Shown: positions 10,197 to 19,995 of the stretch, in pieces | How positions within the stretch are numbered: position 1 is the stretch's first letter | How the letters are laid out: every line of letters begins with the position of its first letter | The notes under the pieces: generated by a model | The model's database searches: none | Seen by the model: only the letters and a program-made list of their open reading frames with translations | Told to the model about the DNA's origin: nothing | Translations under genes and position numbers: made by a program | Source of the DNA: Rhodospirillaceae bacterium | GTDB taxonomy: Bacteria > Pseudomonadota > Alphaproteobacteria > Rhodospirillales > Rhodospirillaceae | Length of the DNA: 64,000 nucleotides | Reading direction: 5' to 3' | Assembly: GCA_965262665.1 (NCBI GenBank) | Contig: CBDHFR010000003.1 | Span: 90,811-154,810, forward strand

Positions 10197-10841
10197 TCAG
10201 TCAAACCGCTCTAGGTCCTGGCTGGTAACGTTCTTGCACGAGAAGCCCTTGGCCTTGTAATGTCTCTTGACTGTCTTCTCAGCCGCCTTCTCGACCTTCT
10301 TGCGATGCTCGGGAGTGCCGAAGCCCGCCAAGAGCTTGGCCGGGCCGGCACCCGGGTCGGGCGCCCTTGCGTCCGTGGGATTGGTGATCGCGACAGGTCT
10401 GAGCTTCTTGAGGCGGCGCTTCAAGCGCCGCAGTAGTTTGCCCTTTCTTGCGGATGTCTCAACGCCAGGAACGGCAAGGAACGAGTACTTCCCTTGCCTG
10501 ACTGAGGGATGCGAGAAGGGCATCGTGCGCTCTTCGGGTGGCACGAAGTAGGCGGTCGTGCTGGTAATGCAATACTTCCAGCCGACGATATGGACACCCT
10601 TGCGCTTGGGGTGCTTTGCGAGGCAAACGACGGTCCAGCCGGTCTGGTCATCATTTTTCGGGGCGTATTCCCCACCTTGGGGTGGAACGTAGCAATAATA
10701 TGTGCCGTCCTGCGCAGGCTCGAAATTGTATGCTTCGTGGCCCCGATTGCCTTTCCCCGCAAGGTGGCTGAAATTGCCGTCGACCGGTCCGCCGCGATAG
10801 AATTCGGACCAGCCGAACTTGACCCAAAGAACCTTCTTCAC
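10197..10841 (-). pseudogene. Restriction-like protein, C-terminus cut off by IS630
   Basis: GTG start 4 nt after the RES stop. The N-terminal domain (VLWVKFGWSEFYRGG...GHEAYNF...GTYYCYV...VHIVGWKY) resembles a domain I recall fused to HNH or DUF3883 modules. The ORF runs straight into the IS630 end and terminates there. Confidence 0.45.
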
Positions 10842-10844
10842 AGT

Positions 10845-11417
10845 TCATTTCCCGCCTGTCGCTTCATCATGCGCGTGCCAATCGTCGGATTCGTTCGGTT
10901 GGAAGTGCCGGACCTTGCGGAGCGAGTCGGGGCCCGGACGGCCGTCGATCGTTGCGGCCCAGCCAACGAGGTCCGGGCGCCGGCCAAACAGTACGAAGAC
11001 CTTGCCGTCCCGATCAGGGCCGGGCTGGAGGCCGCCCTCCACACGCCAGCCGCTGGCGCCGCTCTGCTTCAGCGCGGCCGAGGGCGCGGAGATTCCGTCC
11101 GCGTGTTTGCGAATTTGTTGCGCGATTTCGCGGCATGCCGCCCAACTCGCCCGGCCGCCCAATAGTATCTGCAGAGGTAACGAGGGCTGGTGCGACGGGG
11201 CTTCACCGATTTCGACGGCCCAAATCGCGCAGCGTATAGTGGTGAGGTCCTCCGGGTCGTGGATCTCCTCATGGCGAAGGAACTCGGCCCAAGCGCCGTC
11301 CGGGGTATCGCAGAAGTAGTGGGTCAGTTCGCCCGCGGCGTTCCACCGGCCGGCGGATTGCAACGAATCCTCCCGCAGGAAGGGGAAGCGGGGATCGGCA
11401 TGGCGGTAGGCGATCAT
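10845..11417 (-). CDS. RES-domain toxin (NAD+-degrading family)
   Basis: MIAYRHADPRFPF...AGRWNAAGELTHYFCDTPDGAWAEFLRH carries the RES-type R/E/S pattern. ATG 11417 overlaps the antitoxin stop (ATGA). The tracked ORF extends to 11489. Confidence 0.8.
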   Translation of the reverse strand: MIAYRHADPRFPFLREDSLQSAGRWNAAGELTHYFCDTPDGAWAEFLRHEEIHDPEDLTTIRCAIWAVEIGEAPSHQPSLPLQILLGGRASWAACREIAQQIRKHADGISAPSAALKQSGASGWRVEGGLQPGPDRDGKVFVLFGRRPDLVGWAATIDGRPGPDSLRKVRHFQPNESDDWHAHDEATGGK

Positions 11418-12070
11418 GTCGCCGGGGATGATCCGAGTGACCGGGCGAGTTCGCGTATCCGTTGCGGCGCACCGTCCTCCGGTGACCACGCATCTCCAAG
11501 CGCTTGGGCAGGCGTCTTGCCGTTCAAACGCTCGCGCCGGCGGTCGAACCAGCGCCTGACGCCGATATCATTGTAGGCGCCGGCAAGGTCGCCGACGACA
11601 AAGGCCAGGAAATGAAGCCGGGCGGCGATCGTGTCCGGTGTGGCGCGGCTGCCGGACAGGTAGCGTCGCGCACTGGATTGAGAGATTCTCAGAAGGCGCG
11701 TGAGCAACTCAAGTCCCAGAACGTCCTGCAGGGCTCGCCACTCGTGCGCCGGGGCCGGAGACTGATCGAGGGCTTCGGTGATCTTTTCCAGCAGGGCGGA
11801 AAGACGGGCCGGATCAGCACATGGCAGCCGGTGGAGTTCAGCAAGGAAGGTCTGGCCAATACCGGCTTTGGCCATACCCGTCTCGAGGCCGACCATGGCG
11901 GAATCGTCCAGGCAGGTGACCGGTCGGGAGAGCAGACCCATTGCGTCGGCGCGGGTCAACGCACCGATAGCTGCGGCTGCAAGCCTCGGGTCGTTGTATG
12001 GACTACGGATGGATTGGATATGGAGATTGCTCATGACCCGAAACCTATCCGCTGGCTTCAGCCGGGTCAA
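11414..12070 (-). CDS. Xre/MbcA/ParS-like antitoxin (DUF2384 C-terminal domain)
   Basis: 218 aa. The C-terminus ..RWFDRRRERLNGKTPAQALGD is typical of DUF2384. It sits immediately upstream of the RES gene and is translationally coupled to it. Confidence 0.75.
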   Translation of the reverse strand: MTRLKPADRFRVMSNLHIQSIRSPYNDPRLAAAAIGALTRADAMGLLSRPVTCLDDSAMVGLETGMAKAGIGQTFLAELHRLPCADPARLSALLEKITEALDQSPAPAHEWRALQDVLGLELLTRLLRISQSSARRYLSGSRATPDTIAARLHFLAFVVGDLAGAYNDIGVRRWFDRRRERLNGKTPAQALGDAWSPEDGAPQRIRELARSLGSSPAT

Positions 12071-12146
12071 CCTGTCCCTTCCATTTGTCTCATCCGTCTG
12101 TATTCGTGATCAAGTCGAGTGAGGTGTTTGCGCTCTAAGATAACGG

Positions 12147-12229
12147 CTGCGGCCTCTTCAATCACGAGCAATGCAGGAACTTCTTGGTTGCTGACGGCTA
12201 TGCGTCAGAATAAATCGGAAATGCTCTAG
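12147..12229 (+). repeat. Solo right-end remnant of an IS630 element
   Basis: 83 bp are nearly identical to 24193-24275 (CTGCGGCCTCTTCAATCACGAGCA.TGCAGGAACTTCTTGGTTGCTGACGGCTATGCGTCAGAATAAATCGGAAATGCT.TAG). Confidence 0.75.
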
Positions 12230-12384
12230 GGAATTCAGCGGAACCGACTTCGCCACGGAGTACTACGTCCACATGCGCGCTATGGCGCGTGCGGTTTCAT
12301 ACGGTTTCAAGTGCGTCACCGTCGTCATGCTCAAGGCCGTCATCGGCTGGCCGGCGACGGATACCCAAACATTGCTCCGAAACT

Positions 12385-13779
12385 TCATTGCGTCCGGCGG
12401 AAAGCCTTAGGGTCGGCCTTGCCTGTTTCGCGCCAGGTCATGGCCTCAAGTTTAGCAAAGGGCCGGCGCACCGATTCTGGGGCAATGCCGGCTCGGAACG
12501 CACCAAGCACGCCCACCGCCTCCCAGTAATTTTCGACGACTGTGAGCTGGCTTGGGCGCCATGGCAGCGTGGTCAGATCGTTCGCCATCAGCCCTTTGCC
12601 CTCGCGAACTGCGATTACTGGGATGCCCTGCTCTAGGGCGGCCAGGGTCGGCAACCCGATGCAGCCGTCAGGCAGAACCAAGCACGAGACGTCTTCTACC
12701 GTCAGCACGTCGTCCATTCGTATCTGTGGCGGATCGGCGACGATAGCAGGGCTTTGCTTGAGGCCCTTGAGTACGCACTGGAAGAACGACGAGGAGATCG
12801 CTTCCGCCGCCATGCGGGGATCGACCCGGCCCGGATCGCTGAACAGGATTTCGCGCGATTCCATCATCGGCGCGTGCGCCGACGGGACATTAAGGAAGTG
12901 CGATACCGCGTGGGTCAGCATCGCCTCTACGCCGCCCCACGGGTTGACCATGGTGCCATCGCTGGTGAAGTACTGATCGTGGTAACCGTCCGGCACGGCG
13001 ATCAAGGACGAGATCGCGACTGCATCGTAGTCGTCCCGGATCTCGCCCAGGAGATCGAACAAGCGTTCGATGCCGTACCCGATGCCCACCGCCCGGCCCG
13101 ACTCTGCGTAGGTTGCGGTGAGATCAAGCGGCGGATCCAACCTGTAAATTCCCGCACACTTCAAACCATAGGTCGCGCGTGTGGCCTCAACTGTATTTAG
13201 CGCGAGGTTCTCGATCATCTCGTCCGGCTGGGCGTCGATAACGACAAGGACCCGGTTGGCGCGGACCGGCTTCAGCCCCGCTGTCCCCATCAATAATCTG
13301 CAAATCACGCTGCCTTCGACGTAAAACGCGTTCACCGGAATCTCGTTGATGTCGCTGGCGTTGACGACATTGGGATGGGTGATCAGATGATCACAGCCGG
13401 AAGCCAGCAACTGCGCCGCCGGGGTCGCGTCGCCAGCGTGCCCACCGATCTCGGCACCGATGCCTGTCGGCACCAGAAAGACGACGTTAAAACGGTCGAC
13501 CTTTTCCGCGCCGCGCCGACGGAGATCGAAGATCGAGCGGCCGCTTTCGCGCTCGCCCGCCCGCGCGCCGACCAGGCAGCCGACCTCGCAGTGATAGTGA
13601 TCGTCATCGATCGAAGTGACGGCGAGGCGAAGGGGGATTTCTCCGTCGACGAAGCGGAAGGAGAGCGCCTTCTCGATGTGTTCGATCAGTCCGCGGTTTC
13701 CGGGCGCGAGCGGAACCGAAACTGGTTTCTCATGCAATTGCAATGTCGGCCACTCCCGCGGTTCGGGCGAATTCGTCAA
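12385..13779 (-). CDS. DUF3326-family protein
   Basis: 464 aa. The motif VPTGIGAEIGGHAGDATPAA is the signature I associate with DUF3326. The tracked TTG start overlaps the nspC 3' end by 50 nt. Alternative TTG starts at 13743 and 13737 would leave only a short overlap. Confidence 0.55.
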   Translation of the reverse strand: MTNSPEPREWPTLQLHEKPVSVPLAPGNRGLIEHIEKALSFRFVDGEIPLRLAVTSIDDDHYHCEVGCLVGARAGERESGRSIFDLRRRGAEKVDRFNVVFLVPTGIGAEIGGHAGDATPAAQLLASGCDHLITHPNVVNASDINEIPVNAFYVEGSVICRLLMGTAGLKPVRANRVLVVIDAQPDEMIENLALNTVEATRATYGLKCAGIYRLDPPLDLTATYAESGRAVGIGYGIERLFDLLGEIRDDYDAVAISSLIAVPDGYHDQYFTSDGTMVNPWGGVEAMLTHAVSHFLNVPSAHAPMMESREILFSDPGRVDPRMAAEAISSSFFQCVLKGLKQSPAIVADPPQIRMDDVLTVEDVSCLVLPDGCIGLPTLAALEQGIPVIAVREGKGLMANDLTTLPWRPSQLTVVENYWEAVGVLGAFRAGIAPESVRRPFAKLEAMTWRETGKADPKAFRRTQ

Positions 13780-14947
13780 AGGTATCTTCCTTTATCATCT
13801 CCAGCGTGCCGTCGGCGTGGCGGGTATAAATCGTGGGCAGGCCGACGCCATTGAAGCGGTGCGCCTTCGACAGGGTGTAGGCCCCCATGTTGAGGAACGT
13901 GATCCTGGAGCCGACGGCGAGCGGTGCATCGAAGGCATACTCGCCGAAGACGTCTCCAGCCAGGCACGTGCACCCGGCCAGCACATAGGGGTGCACGCCG
14001 CCGTCGATGTGGCCCAGGACGTCCGGTTCGAACTGGAACTCGAAGACTTCCGCCATGTGGTTTACGGTGGTGTCTAGGACGGCGACTTGAACGCCATCGC
14101 TTTCGAAGAGATCGTAAACCGTCGCCTCGATGCTTCCCGCGCGTCGGACCAGGGCCGCACCGGGCTCGATGAAGACGTCGAGGCCGAAGGTGTCGCGGAA
14201 GATCTCTACAGCCTGGAAGAAGTCCGATGTGTCGTCGGCCAAATTGAAAAGGTAGCCGCCCCCCATGTTGATCCAGTCCAAGCTTTCGAGAAGGTTCGGG
14301 ATCACGTCCTGGATGCGGCGCGCGGTGGCCAGCAGGCTGGCGAAATCGGTCTCCTCGCAATTATTGTGGAAGTGGAGACCGTTAATCCCCCGCAAGCGGG
14401 CTGGTTCCGCCTCTGCCACCTCGGCCAACTTGGAGATCGGCACGCCGAGTTTGGAATTCTGTCGGCACGGGTCGTAGCGCGGGTCGCGGATGAACGAAAG
14501 CTCGGGATTAACCCGGATCCCGGCCTGTGTCACCGTCGGCACCTGTTTGCGAAGCAGTTTCCACTGAGACAGCGAATTGAACGTCAGGTAATCGAGACGG
14601 CCGCCAATCTCGCTGAGCGTTTCTTCCTTGAGCAAGGGACTGACGAGGTGGAGCGGCGTCTCGCTGCCGCACACGCGATCGATCAGTCGCAGTTCGAACA
14701 GCGAACTGCAGCCGAACCCGTCGACATGCCCGGCGATCTTTTCGAGGACCCGCGACAGCGCGCACGCCTTGGGCGAATACAATAGCTTGCAGGCAGCCTT
14801 GTCGGCGATCTTGCGGAGCGCCCTGAGGTCGCGGTTGAGAATATTTTCATCCGTCACGTATGCCGGCGTTTTTATTGTGTTGGCCAAGTGAACGCCTCCC
14901 CGAGACGTCCGTTTTCTCCGCTCCCGCGCAGCCGGAAGTTCAAACAT
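13730..14947 (-). CDS. nspC: Carboxynorspermidine/carboxyspermidine decarboxylase
   Basis: 405 aa. The N-terminal IKTPAYVTDENILNRDL and the alanine-racemase-fold decarboxylase layout (..GGGYLF.., ..AGCTCLAGDVFGEY..) fit the family. Confidence 0.8.
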   Translation of the reverse strand: MFELPAARERRKRTSRGGVHLANTIKTPAYVTDENILNRDLRALRKIADKAACKLLYSPKACALSRVLEKIAGHVDGFGCSSLFELRLIDRVCGSETPLHLVSPLLKEETLSEIGGRLDYLTFNSLSQWKLLRKQVPTVTQAGIRVNPELSFIRDPRYDPCRQNSKLGVPISKLAEVAEAEPARLRGINGLHFHNNCEETDFASLLATARRIQDVIPNLLESLDWINMGGGYLFNLADDTSDFFQAVEIFRDTFGLDVFIEPGAALVRRAGSIEATVYDLFESDGVQVAVLDTTVNHMAEVFEFQFEPDVLGHIDGGVHPYVLAGCTCLAGDVFGEYAFDAPLAVGSRITFLNMGAYTLSKAHRFNGVGLPTIYTRHADGTLEMIKEDTFDEFARTAGVADIAIA

Positions 14948-15016
14948 TTCATGTGTTTTAACATTGTACTTGCTGTCCCCGACAACGAAAGATCAAAATA
15001 CATTTCAGCCGCCCAG

Positions 15017-16177
15017 TCATTCACCGATGACGTGCGGGATGAAGTTGGCATTTTCCGTGGTCACTAGGTCCCGGCCCTCGCGGATGCCGAGCCCGGCGGC
15101 CCCGCCGGCGACCATCCAACAGCCGATCAAGGGGTAGCGGCCGTCGAAGTTGGGTAATGGGTGAAACGCCTGCACGACGAACCCCTCCCCGCCGTAGGGG
15201 CCGTCTTTCCGTACCTCGACATTACCTTCGTGGATGATTTCGACGTTGGCGCCGCGCCGGGACAACAGGGGTTTTCGGACGAAAGTGTCCGACAGTTCCG
15301 CCGCGCGCGCCTCGCCCTCGAAATAGGCCGGCAGCAGATTCGGATGTCCCTCGAACGTCTCCCACAGCAGTGCGAGCAGGCCTTTGTTCGACAGCACGGC
15401 CTTCCACGGCGGCTCGATGAAACGGACACCGCTCTTGGGCATGTAGCGGCCGAATTCCTCCTCCATCAACCACTCCCAGGGATAGAGCTTGAACAGGGTC
15501 GCGATCACTCGGTCGTCGAGGTCGGTGAAGCGGCCTTCGGCGTCGACGCCGATCTCTTCCATCGACAAGAACGTGGTTTCGACGCCGGCTTCCTCGGCGA
15601 CGTCTTCCAGGTATTCGACGGTGCTGCGGTCGTCCTCAATGTCCTTGAGACACGCCATGTGCAGCGTACCATCGAGTGCCAATTCCGAAAACGCCTCAAG
15701 TAGAAACTCGTGCAGCAGGTTGAACTGATCGCAGCCTTCGGGAACCAGGCCGAGGTCGATCGCCTGCTCCAGCCATTCCCACTGAAATAGCGACGCGTCG
15801 TACAGCGTCGTCGGGGTGTCGGCATTGTATTCCAGGAGCTTCGCCGGCCCGCTGCCTTCGTAGGCGAAGTCAAACCGCCCAAAGAGGTTTTTCTCTTGGT
15901 TCCGCCAACTCTCGGCAACGTAATTCCAATAGGCCTCCGGTATGCGAAGGCGCCGGAACACCGTCTCGTCGGCCACGGCGCGGTTCAAGACCTCGAAACA
16001 GAGGCTCTCGATTTCCTCCGCGGGGCCCTCCAGGTCGTCCTCGATCTGGCGCAAGGTGAAGCGGTAGTAGGCGGTTTCATCCCAGTAGGGAACGCCGCCG
16101 GCGTCATCGTACGGGTAGCCGTGCGCCAACGCCGATTGCTTCAGGTTGGGCCGTTGGGCAACCGGGACGCGTCGCAT
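15017..16177 (-). CDS. Glutathionylspermidine-synthase-like ATP-grasp ligase (YjfC-like)
   Basis: 386 aa. It is colinear by eye with the GspS pre-ATP-grasp family (YWDETAYYRFT..., RFDFAY...KLLEYNADTPT, KPLLSRRGANV). Confidence 0.8.
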   Translation of the reverse strand: MRRVPVAQRPNLKQSALAHGYPYDDAGGVPYWDETAYYRFTLRQIEDDLEGPAEEIESLCFEVLNRAVADETVFRRLRIPEAYWNYVAESWRNQEKNLFGRFDFAYEGSGPAKLLEYNADTPTTLYDASLFQWEWLEQAIDLGLVPEGCDQFNLLHEFLLEAFSELALDGTLHMACLKDIEDDRSTVEYLEDVAEEAGVETTFLSMEEIGVDAEGRFTDLDDRVIATLFKLYPWEWLMEEEFGRYMPKSGVRFIEPPWKAVLSNKGLLALLWETFEGHPNLLPAYFEGEARAAELSDTFVRKPLLSRRGANVEIIHEGNVEVRKDGPYGGEGFVVQAFHPLPNFDGRYPLIGCWMVAGGAAGLGIREGRDLVTTENANFIPHVIGE

Positions 16178-16201
16178 CGGCCGAACGCGGGTTTACGGGG
16201 T

Positions 16202-16939
16202 TCAGGCGCTGCGCTTGGCTTTGAGCCGGGCCAGCACGTCGCCGCCCTTCGCGCCGCCATCGACGATTCCGGCGGCTTTGAGCTTGTCGTCGAGACTGAC
16301 CTCTTCGGTCGAATGGGCGAGTTCGTTGGCGGCCTCGAACTTCGCAGCGCGTTCCGCCTGTTTCGTTTTCAGCCGTTCCAAACTGTCGACCGCGCTGCGC
16401 ATGCTCGAATCGGCGCCAGAGTGGCGTGCCGCGACCGCGGCCTGTGCGCGTTGCACCGTTTCCGTCGCCTTGACCGTGTCGACCTGCTGCTTGAGCCGTT
16501 TCAGGTTGGCCTCGGTTTGAGCGACGGCGCGGCGAAGTTGCGCCTCGCTGTCGGCGAAGGATTTGGCGAGGCCTTCTTCGCCAGCGAATTCAGCTTCCAT
16601 CCCGGCGATCTTGCCAGCGATCTCCGTCGCCAGGGTTTCGTCGCCCTTGTCGAGCGCCTGCATTGCGTAACCATCATATTCCTTGATCGAGGCCTGTAGG
16701 GATTCGATTTTCTTGTCGGCGAGCTTGCGCTTGGCGATGATGCCGGTCAGAGCTTCCTTCGAGCGGATGAGTTCGTTGTCGGCGTCGCGGATTTCCTGAT
16801 CGAGGATGCGTAGCGCCTGATTGTCGGCGATCGCCTCGCCGGCCTCATTGACGCCACCGCGGATGGCCGTCGCGACCTTTGCCCAAATATTCAACTGCCT
16901 TACTCCTTCGTCAGATTCGTTGCGCGCGTTGCGGCGCAA
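16202..16939 (-). CDS. PspA/IM30-family protein (YjfJ-like)
   Basis: A coiled-coil protein containing ..ALRILDQEIRDADNEL... The likely true start is TTG at 16894 (MNIWAKVATAIRGG), which is preceded by GAAGGAG. Confidence 0.85.
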   Translation of the reverse strand: MRRNARNESDEGVRQLNIWAKVATAIRGGVNEAGEAIADNQALRILDQEIRDADNELIRSKEALTGIIAKRKLADKKIESLQASIKEYDGYAMQALDKGDETLATEIAGKIAGMEAEFAGEEGLAKSFADSEAQLRRAVAQTEANLKRLKQQVDTVKATETVQRAQAAVAARHSGADSSMRSAVDSLERLKTKQAERAAKFEAANELAHSTEEVSLDDKLKAAGIVDGGAKGGDVLARLKAKRSA

Positions 16940-16943
16940 TTAT

Positions 16944-17576
16944 TCAAGCGACCTTCTTCAGGTCCGTCTGGTAGGCCTCGGCGACCTGCATCGCGTTGTC
17001 GGCCAGGGTTTCGATTTCGAATATGACCGATTCCAATATCGAACCCGCGCTGAGCGCACCGAACAGTTCGTAGTAATCCTTTCCGTCGGGCCCTGTGCCG
17101 ATGCCAAAGGTCGACAGCGCCAAGAGCTTGTGGGTTTTTAGGATCGTGGCGTTGAATTCGGCGGGGTCCGCCACGTCATCCACGGGCCAAAGTAGAGTAT
17201 CAACCAGGATCTGACCGCCGCTGACGCTCATGATGAGGGGCAGATCGCCAAATTCCGTCATGGTGATGAGAATCCCCGGATCGGCGCCTTCCACAAGTTC
17301 GACGATAAAATTGCCGGACGACGCGGGCTCCGATTGAGCCAACGCCGCACATAGGGTCTCTATTGTCCAGTTTTCGTCTTGGCTCATTGTTCTCTTCCTA
17401 ACGGTTTTCGGAATGAAGGGAATAATTCCCTCCCTGAGCGCTGCCTGACAGTCGCTGAGGGCCTTGGCGAATTCGGGTGGAATCCAAACCTCGCGCTTGA
17501 CGAAGCCCCGCTCGCGCAAGCGCGCACGGTACCGGGACTGATAGTAAGATGACTTTTTAGATGGCATCAGGTTCAA
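16944..17576 (-). CDS. YjfI-like (DUF2170) protein with a ~60-aa basic N-terminal extension
   Basis: The DUF2170 part starts at MSQDENWTIETL (ATG 17387). The in-frame upstream 63 aa read SSYYQSRYRARLRERGFVKREVWIPPEFAKAL. Confidence 0.7.
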   Translation of the reverse strand: MNLMPSKKSSYYQSRYRARLRERGFVKREVWIPPEFAKALSDCQAALREGIIPFIPKTVRKRTMSQDENWTIETLCAALAQSEPASSGNFIVELVEGADPGILITMTEFGDLPLIMSVSGGQILVDTLLWPVDDVADPAEFNATILKTHKLLALSTFGIGTGPDGKDYYELFGALSAGSILESVIFEIETLADNAMQVAEAYQTDLKKVA

Positions 17577-17597
17577 ACTTTACCTCTTTACACGTCA

Positions 17598-17615
17598 TAT
17601 ATTACATGTAATATA
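17598..17615. promoter_or_regulatory. Perfect 18-bp palindrome in the divergent promoter region (candidate operator)
   Basis: TATATTACATGTAATATA lies 22 bp upstream of the yjfI-like start codon. It sits between the divergent yjfI-pspA... and K+ channel-yjfK... operons. Confidence 0.5.
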
Positions 17616-17741
17616 GAATCAAGTGTTTTCTTGGCAAAACGGGAACCGAACCACCGGGAACTGTGCGCCAACATGGGCCTGTGACTAGATGCACGCGCGG
17701 GTTGGCAACGACAGGCGGGCCGGTTGATTTAGTTGACTTGA

Positions 17742-18812
17742 ATGCGCATCATTCTGTCGAGAGTCGCGAAACGCATCTACTCCAGGATCGCCGGGCTGAG
17801 TTGGGATGCGGTATTCGTCCTCGCGGCCTGCCATTTCGCCATATCTTGGGTCGTGATCGCCCTTACTGGCGGCGAGGAAATAGCTGAGGGCGGCATATTT
17901 TGGTACTTCTACGCTACCACCGCCACCACCGTTGGTTACGGCGACTACTCGCCGACAACTTGGGGGGGGCGACTGGTCACAGTCTTGTGGGTAATGCCCG
18001 GTGGCATCGCGCTGTTTACGACGATCATCGCCAAAGCGGTGCAACAGGGATCCGACCGATGGAGGAAAAGCGTGCGCGGAAAATCAAATTACGATAATCT
18101 GGCGGATCACATCGTTATTCTCGGCTGGCATGGCTTTCGGACCCAGCGGATGGTCGATCAACTCCGCGGCGATATCGGCGAAAAGGACCGGGAAATCGTC
18201 TTGTGCACGGCCCAGACCCTCGATAACCCGATGCCCGATCAGGTGCTCTTCGTGTGCGGCGACGCGCTCAACACGCCGGACGTGCTGACCCGCGCCGGTG
18301 TGGCTACGGCCGGGTACATTATTGCCCTCGGCCATGACGACAGCGAGACCCTCGCCGCCGCCTTAGGAGCCGCTGCGATCAACCACGACGCCCATATCGT
18401 CGCCTATTTCGACCTCGAGAGTTTCGCCGACCTCCTCAAGGCCCATTGTCCGCACGCGGAATGCAACGTTTCGCTGTCGATCGAGCTCATGGTGCGCTCG
18501 GCCCAGGACCCCGGTTCGAGCCGCGTCCAGCGCCAGTTGCTGTCGACCCTGGTAGACCCGACCCAATTCAGCCTCAAGGTGCCGAAGGGCGCCGGCGCGG
18601 TGAGTTACGGCGCCCTGTTCGCGACGTTGAAGGAAAACCACGATGCCACCTTGATCGGCGTCGCCGAAAGCGCCTTGGGCGACGACCTCGTCCTAAACGC
18701 GCCGTCGGGTCACCCGGTCGATCCTGGAGCGATTGTCTATTTCCTGGCGGCGCGGCGGATCGAGCCAGGCGAGATCGATTGGCTGGCGCTAAAGGCAGGA
18801 TGGCCGACATGA
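17742..18812 (+). CDS. Potassium channel with C-terminal RCK/TrkA-N domain
   Basis: The selectivity filter is TTVGYGD, flanked by two TM helices. HIVILGWHGFRTQRMV starts the Rossmann-like RCK domain. Confidence 0.85.
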   Translation: MRIILSRVAKRIYSRIAGLSWDAVFVLAACHFAISWVVIALTGGEEIAEGGIFWYFYATTATTVGYGDYSPTTWGGRLVTVLWVMPGGIALFTTIIAKAVQQGSDRWRKSVRGKSNYDNLADHIVILGWHGFRTQRMVDQLRGDIGEKDREIVLCTAQTLDNPMPDQVLFVCGDALNTPDVLTRAGVATAGYIIALGHDDSETLAAALGAAAINHDAHIVAYFDLESFADLLKAHCPHAECNVSLSIELMVRSAQDPGSSRVQRQLLSTLVDPTQFSLKVPKGAGAVSYGALFATLKENHDATLIGVAESALGDDLVLNAPSGHPVDPGAIVYFLAARRIEPGEIDWLALKAGWPT

Positions 18813-19501
18813 TCGGCGACAGTATGAAATCGCTCTTTAAGAGCGGTGTGCGCGACATTAAGAACAGGTTTTCCAAAGGCGGCGAGGAGGATGAGTTGCC
18901 TACGCCGCTGGGCCTACGCATCGGCGCCGCGGTCGATATCGACACTCTGCCGTTGCGCATGCACGCCGACGACCTGTATGTTGAGTTGCCGGAGGAGACG
19001 ATCCTGATCGTCGCCCAGGGACTTATCGATCTCGGCGACGACGCGTATGTTCACCGCTATTACGGCGAGGACGACACGATGATCCAGGTCCTCACGGTCA
19101 ACGGCGTCGAGGACCAGCATATCGAGGAAGTCACCCTTTTTGTGCCGCACGAAAGTATCTATCCTAGTAGCGGTGGGGAATGGGCGCAATGGATCGCAAA
19201 GGGCGGCAAGATTGGCGGGCCCACCTACCGATTCGACGACGGCACGGAGTATGAACGAATTTGGTTCGACACGACGCCGGGCCACGCCGATCCGGTGGTG
19301 TTCACCGAGGAAGTTTACGAAGCTGCTGAAACCGAAGGGGCGGACGTCGTTGTCCAGCAGGTCATGCTGTTCGGTCGCAACCTGGAAGAGGGAAAAAAGA
19401 ATGAGTACCTCTTGATCACGGTCGAAGCCTACGAAGGGGAAAAGACGGTGGAACTCATGGTCGGCGTGGACCTCGACCTCCCCACGGTGAAAGTCATTTG
19501 A
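18809..19501 (+). CDS. YjfK-like (DUF2491) protein
   Basis: The ATG overlaps the channel stop (ATGA). It is colinear with my memory of E. coli YjfK (..PLGLRIGAAVDIDTL.., ..HRYYGEDD.., ..LFVPHE.., ..VGVDLDLP..). Confidence 0.8.
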   Translation: MIGDSMKSLFKSGVRDIKNRFSKGGEEDELPTPLGLRIGAAVDIDTLPLRMHADDLYVELPEETILIVAQGLIDLGDDAYVHRYYGEDDTMIQVLTVNGVEDQHIEEVTLFVPHESIYPSSGGEWAQWIAKGGKIGGPTYRFDDGTEYERIWFDTTPGHADPVVFTEEVYEAAETEGADVVVQQVMLFGRNLEEGKKNEYLLITVEAYEGEKTVELMVGVDLDLPTVKVI

Positions 19502-19574
19502 CGGGAAGATCGGAACCGGTGGCCGAATGACCGTCCCCACGAACACCGGCCGAGCGTCCGCGAAGGAGTTTTGA

Positions 19575-19988
19575 ATGATTGAACAACTCAACAGAAATTT
19601 GACGGATTTGCCGGAATTCCTTGCGTTCTTCGTTGTCGCCGTCCTCATGATGATCGTATTCGTCGCGGTCTATACCAACGTCACCCGGCACAGCGAGATC
19701 AAGCTGATCAAGGAGAACTCGGTCGCCGCCGCGGTCGCATTTTCAGGCAGCATGATCGGTTTTGCCCTGCCGCTGGCGAGCGCCATGATCAGTTCACGCA
19801 CGATCCTCGAAGTGATCATCTGGGGCATGGTCGCGCTGTTAGTGCAGATTGTCGTCTATCTCCTCGTGCGGCTGCCGATGCCGCGGGTATCCGAGCGTAT
19901 CGAGAACAACGAGATCGCCGCTGGCATCTGGCTTGGCGCGTCGTCGCTCGCCGCCGGCATCCTGAATGCCGCCAGCATGACCCCGTAA
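19575..19988 (+). CDS. DUF350 (YjfL-like) integral membrane protein
   Basis: 137 aa with four predicted hydrophobic helices. Its position after yjfK matches the E. coli yjf operon. Confidence 0.7.
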   Translation: MIEQLNRNLTDLPEFLAFFVVAVLMMIVFVAVYTNVTRHSEIKLIKENSVAAAVAFSGSMIGFALPLASAMISSRTILEVIIWGMVALLVQIVVYLLVRLPMPRVSERIENNEIAAGIWLGASSLAAGILNAASMTP

Positions 19989-19995
19989 GTAAGGA

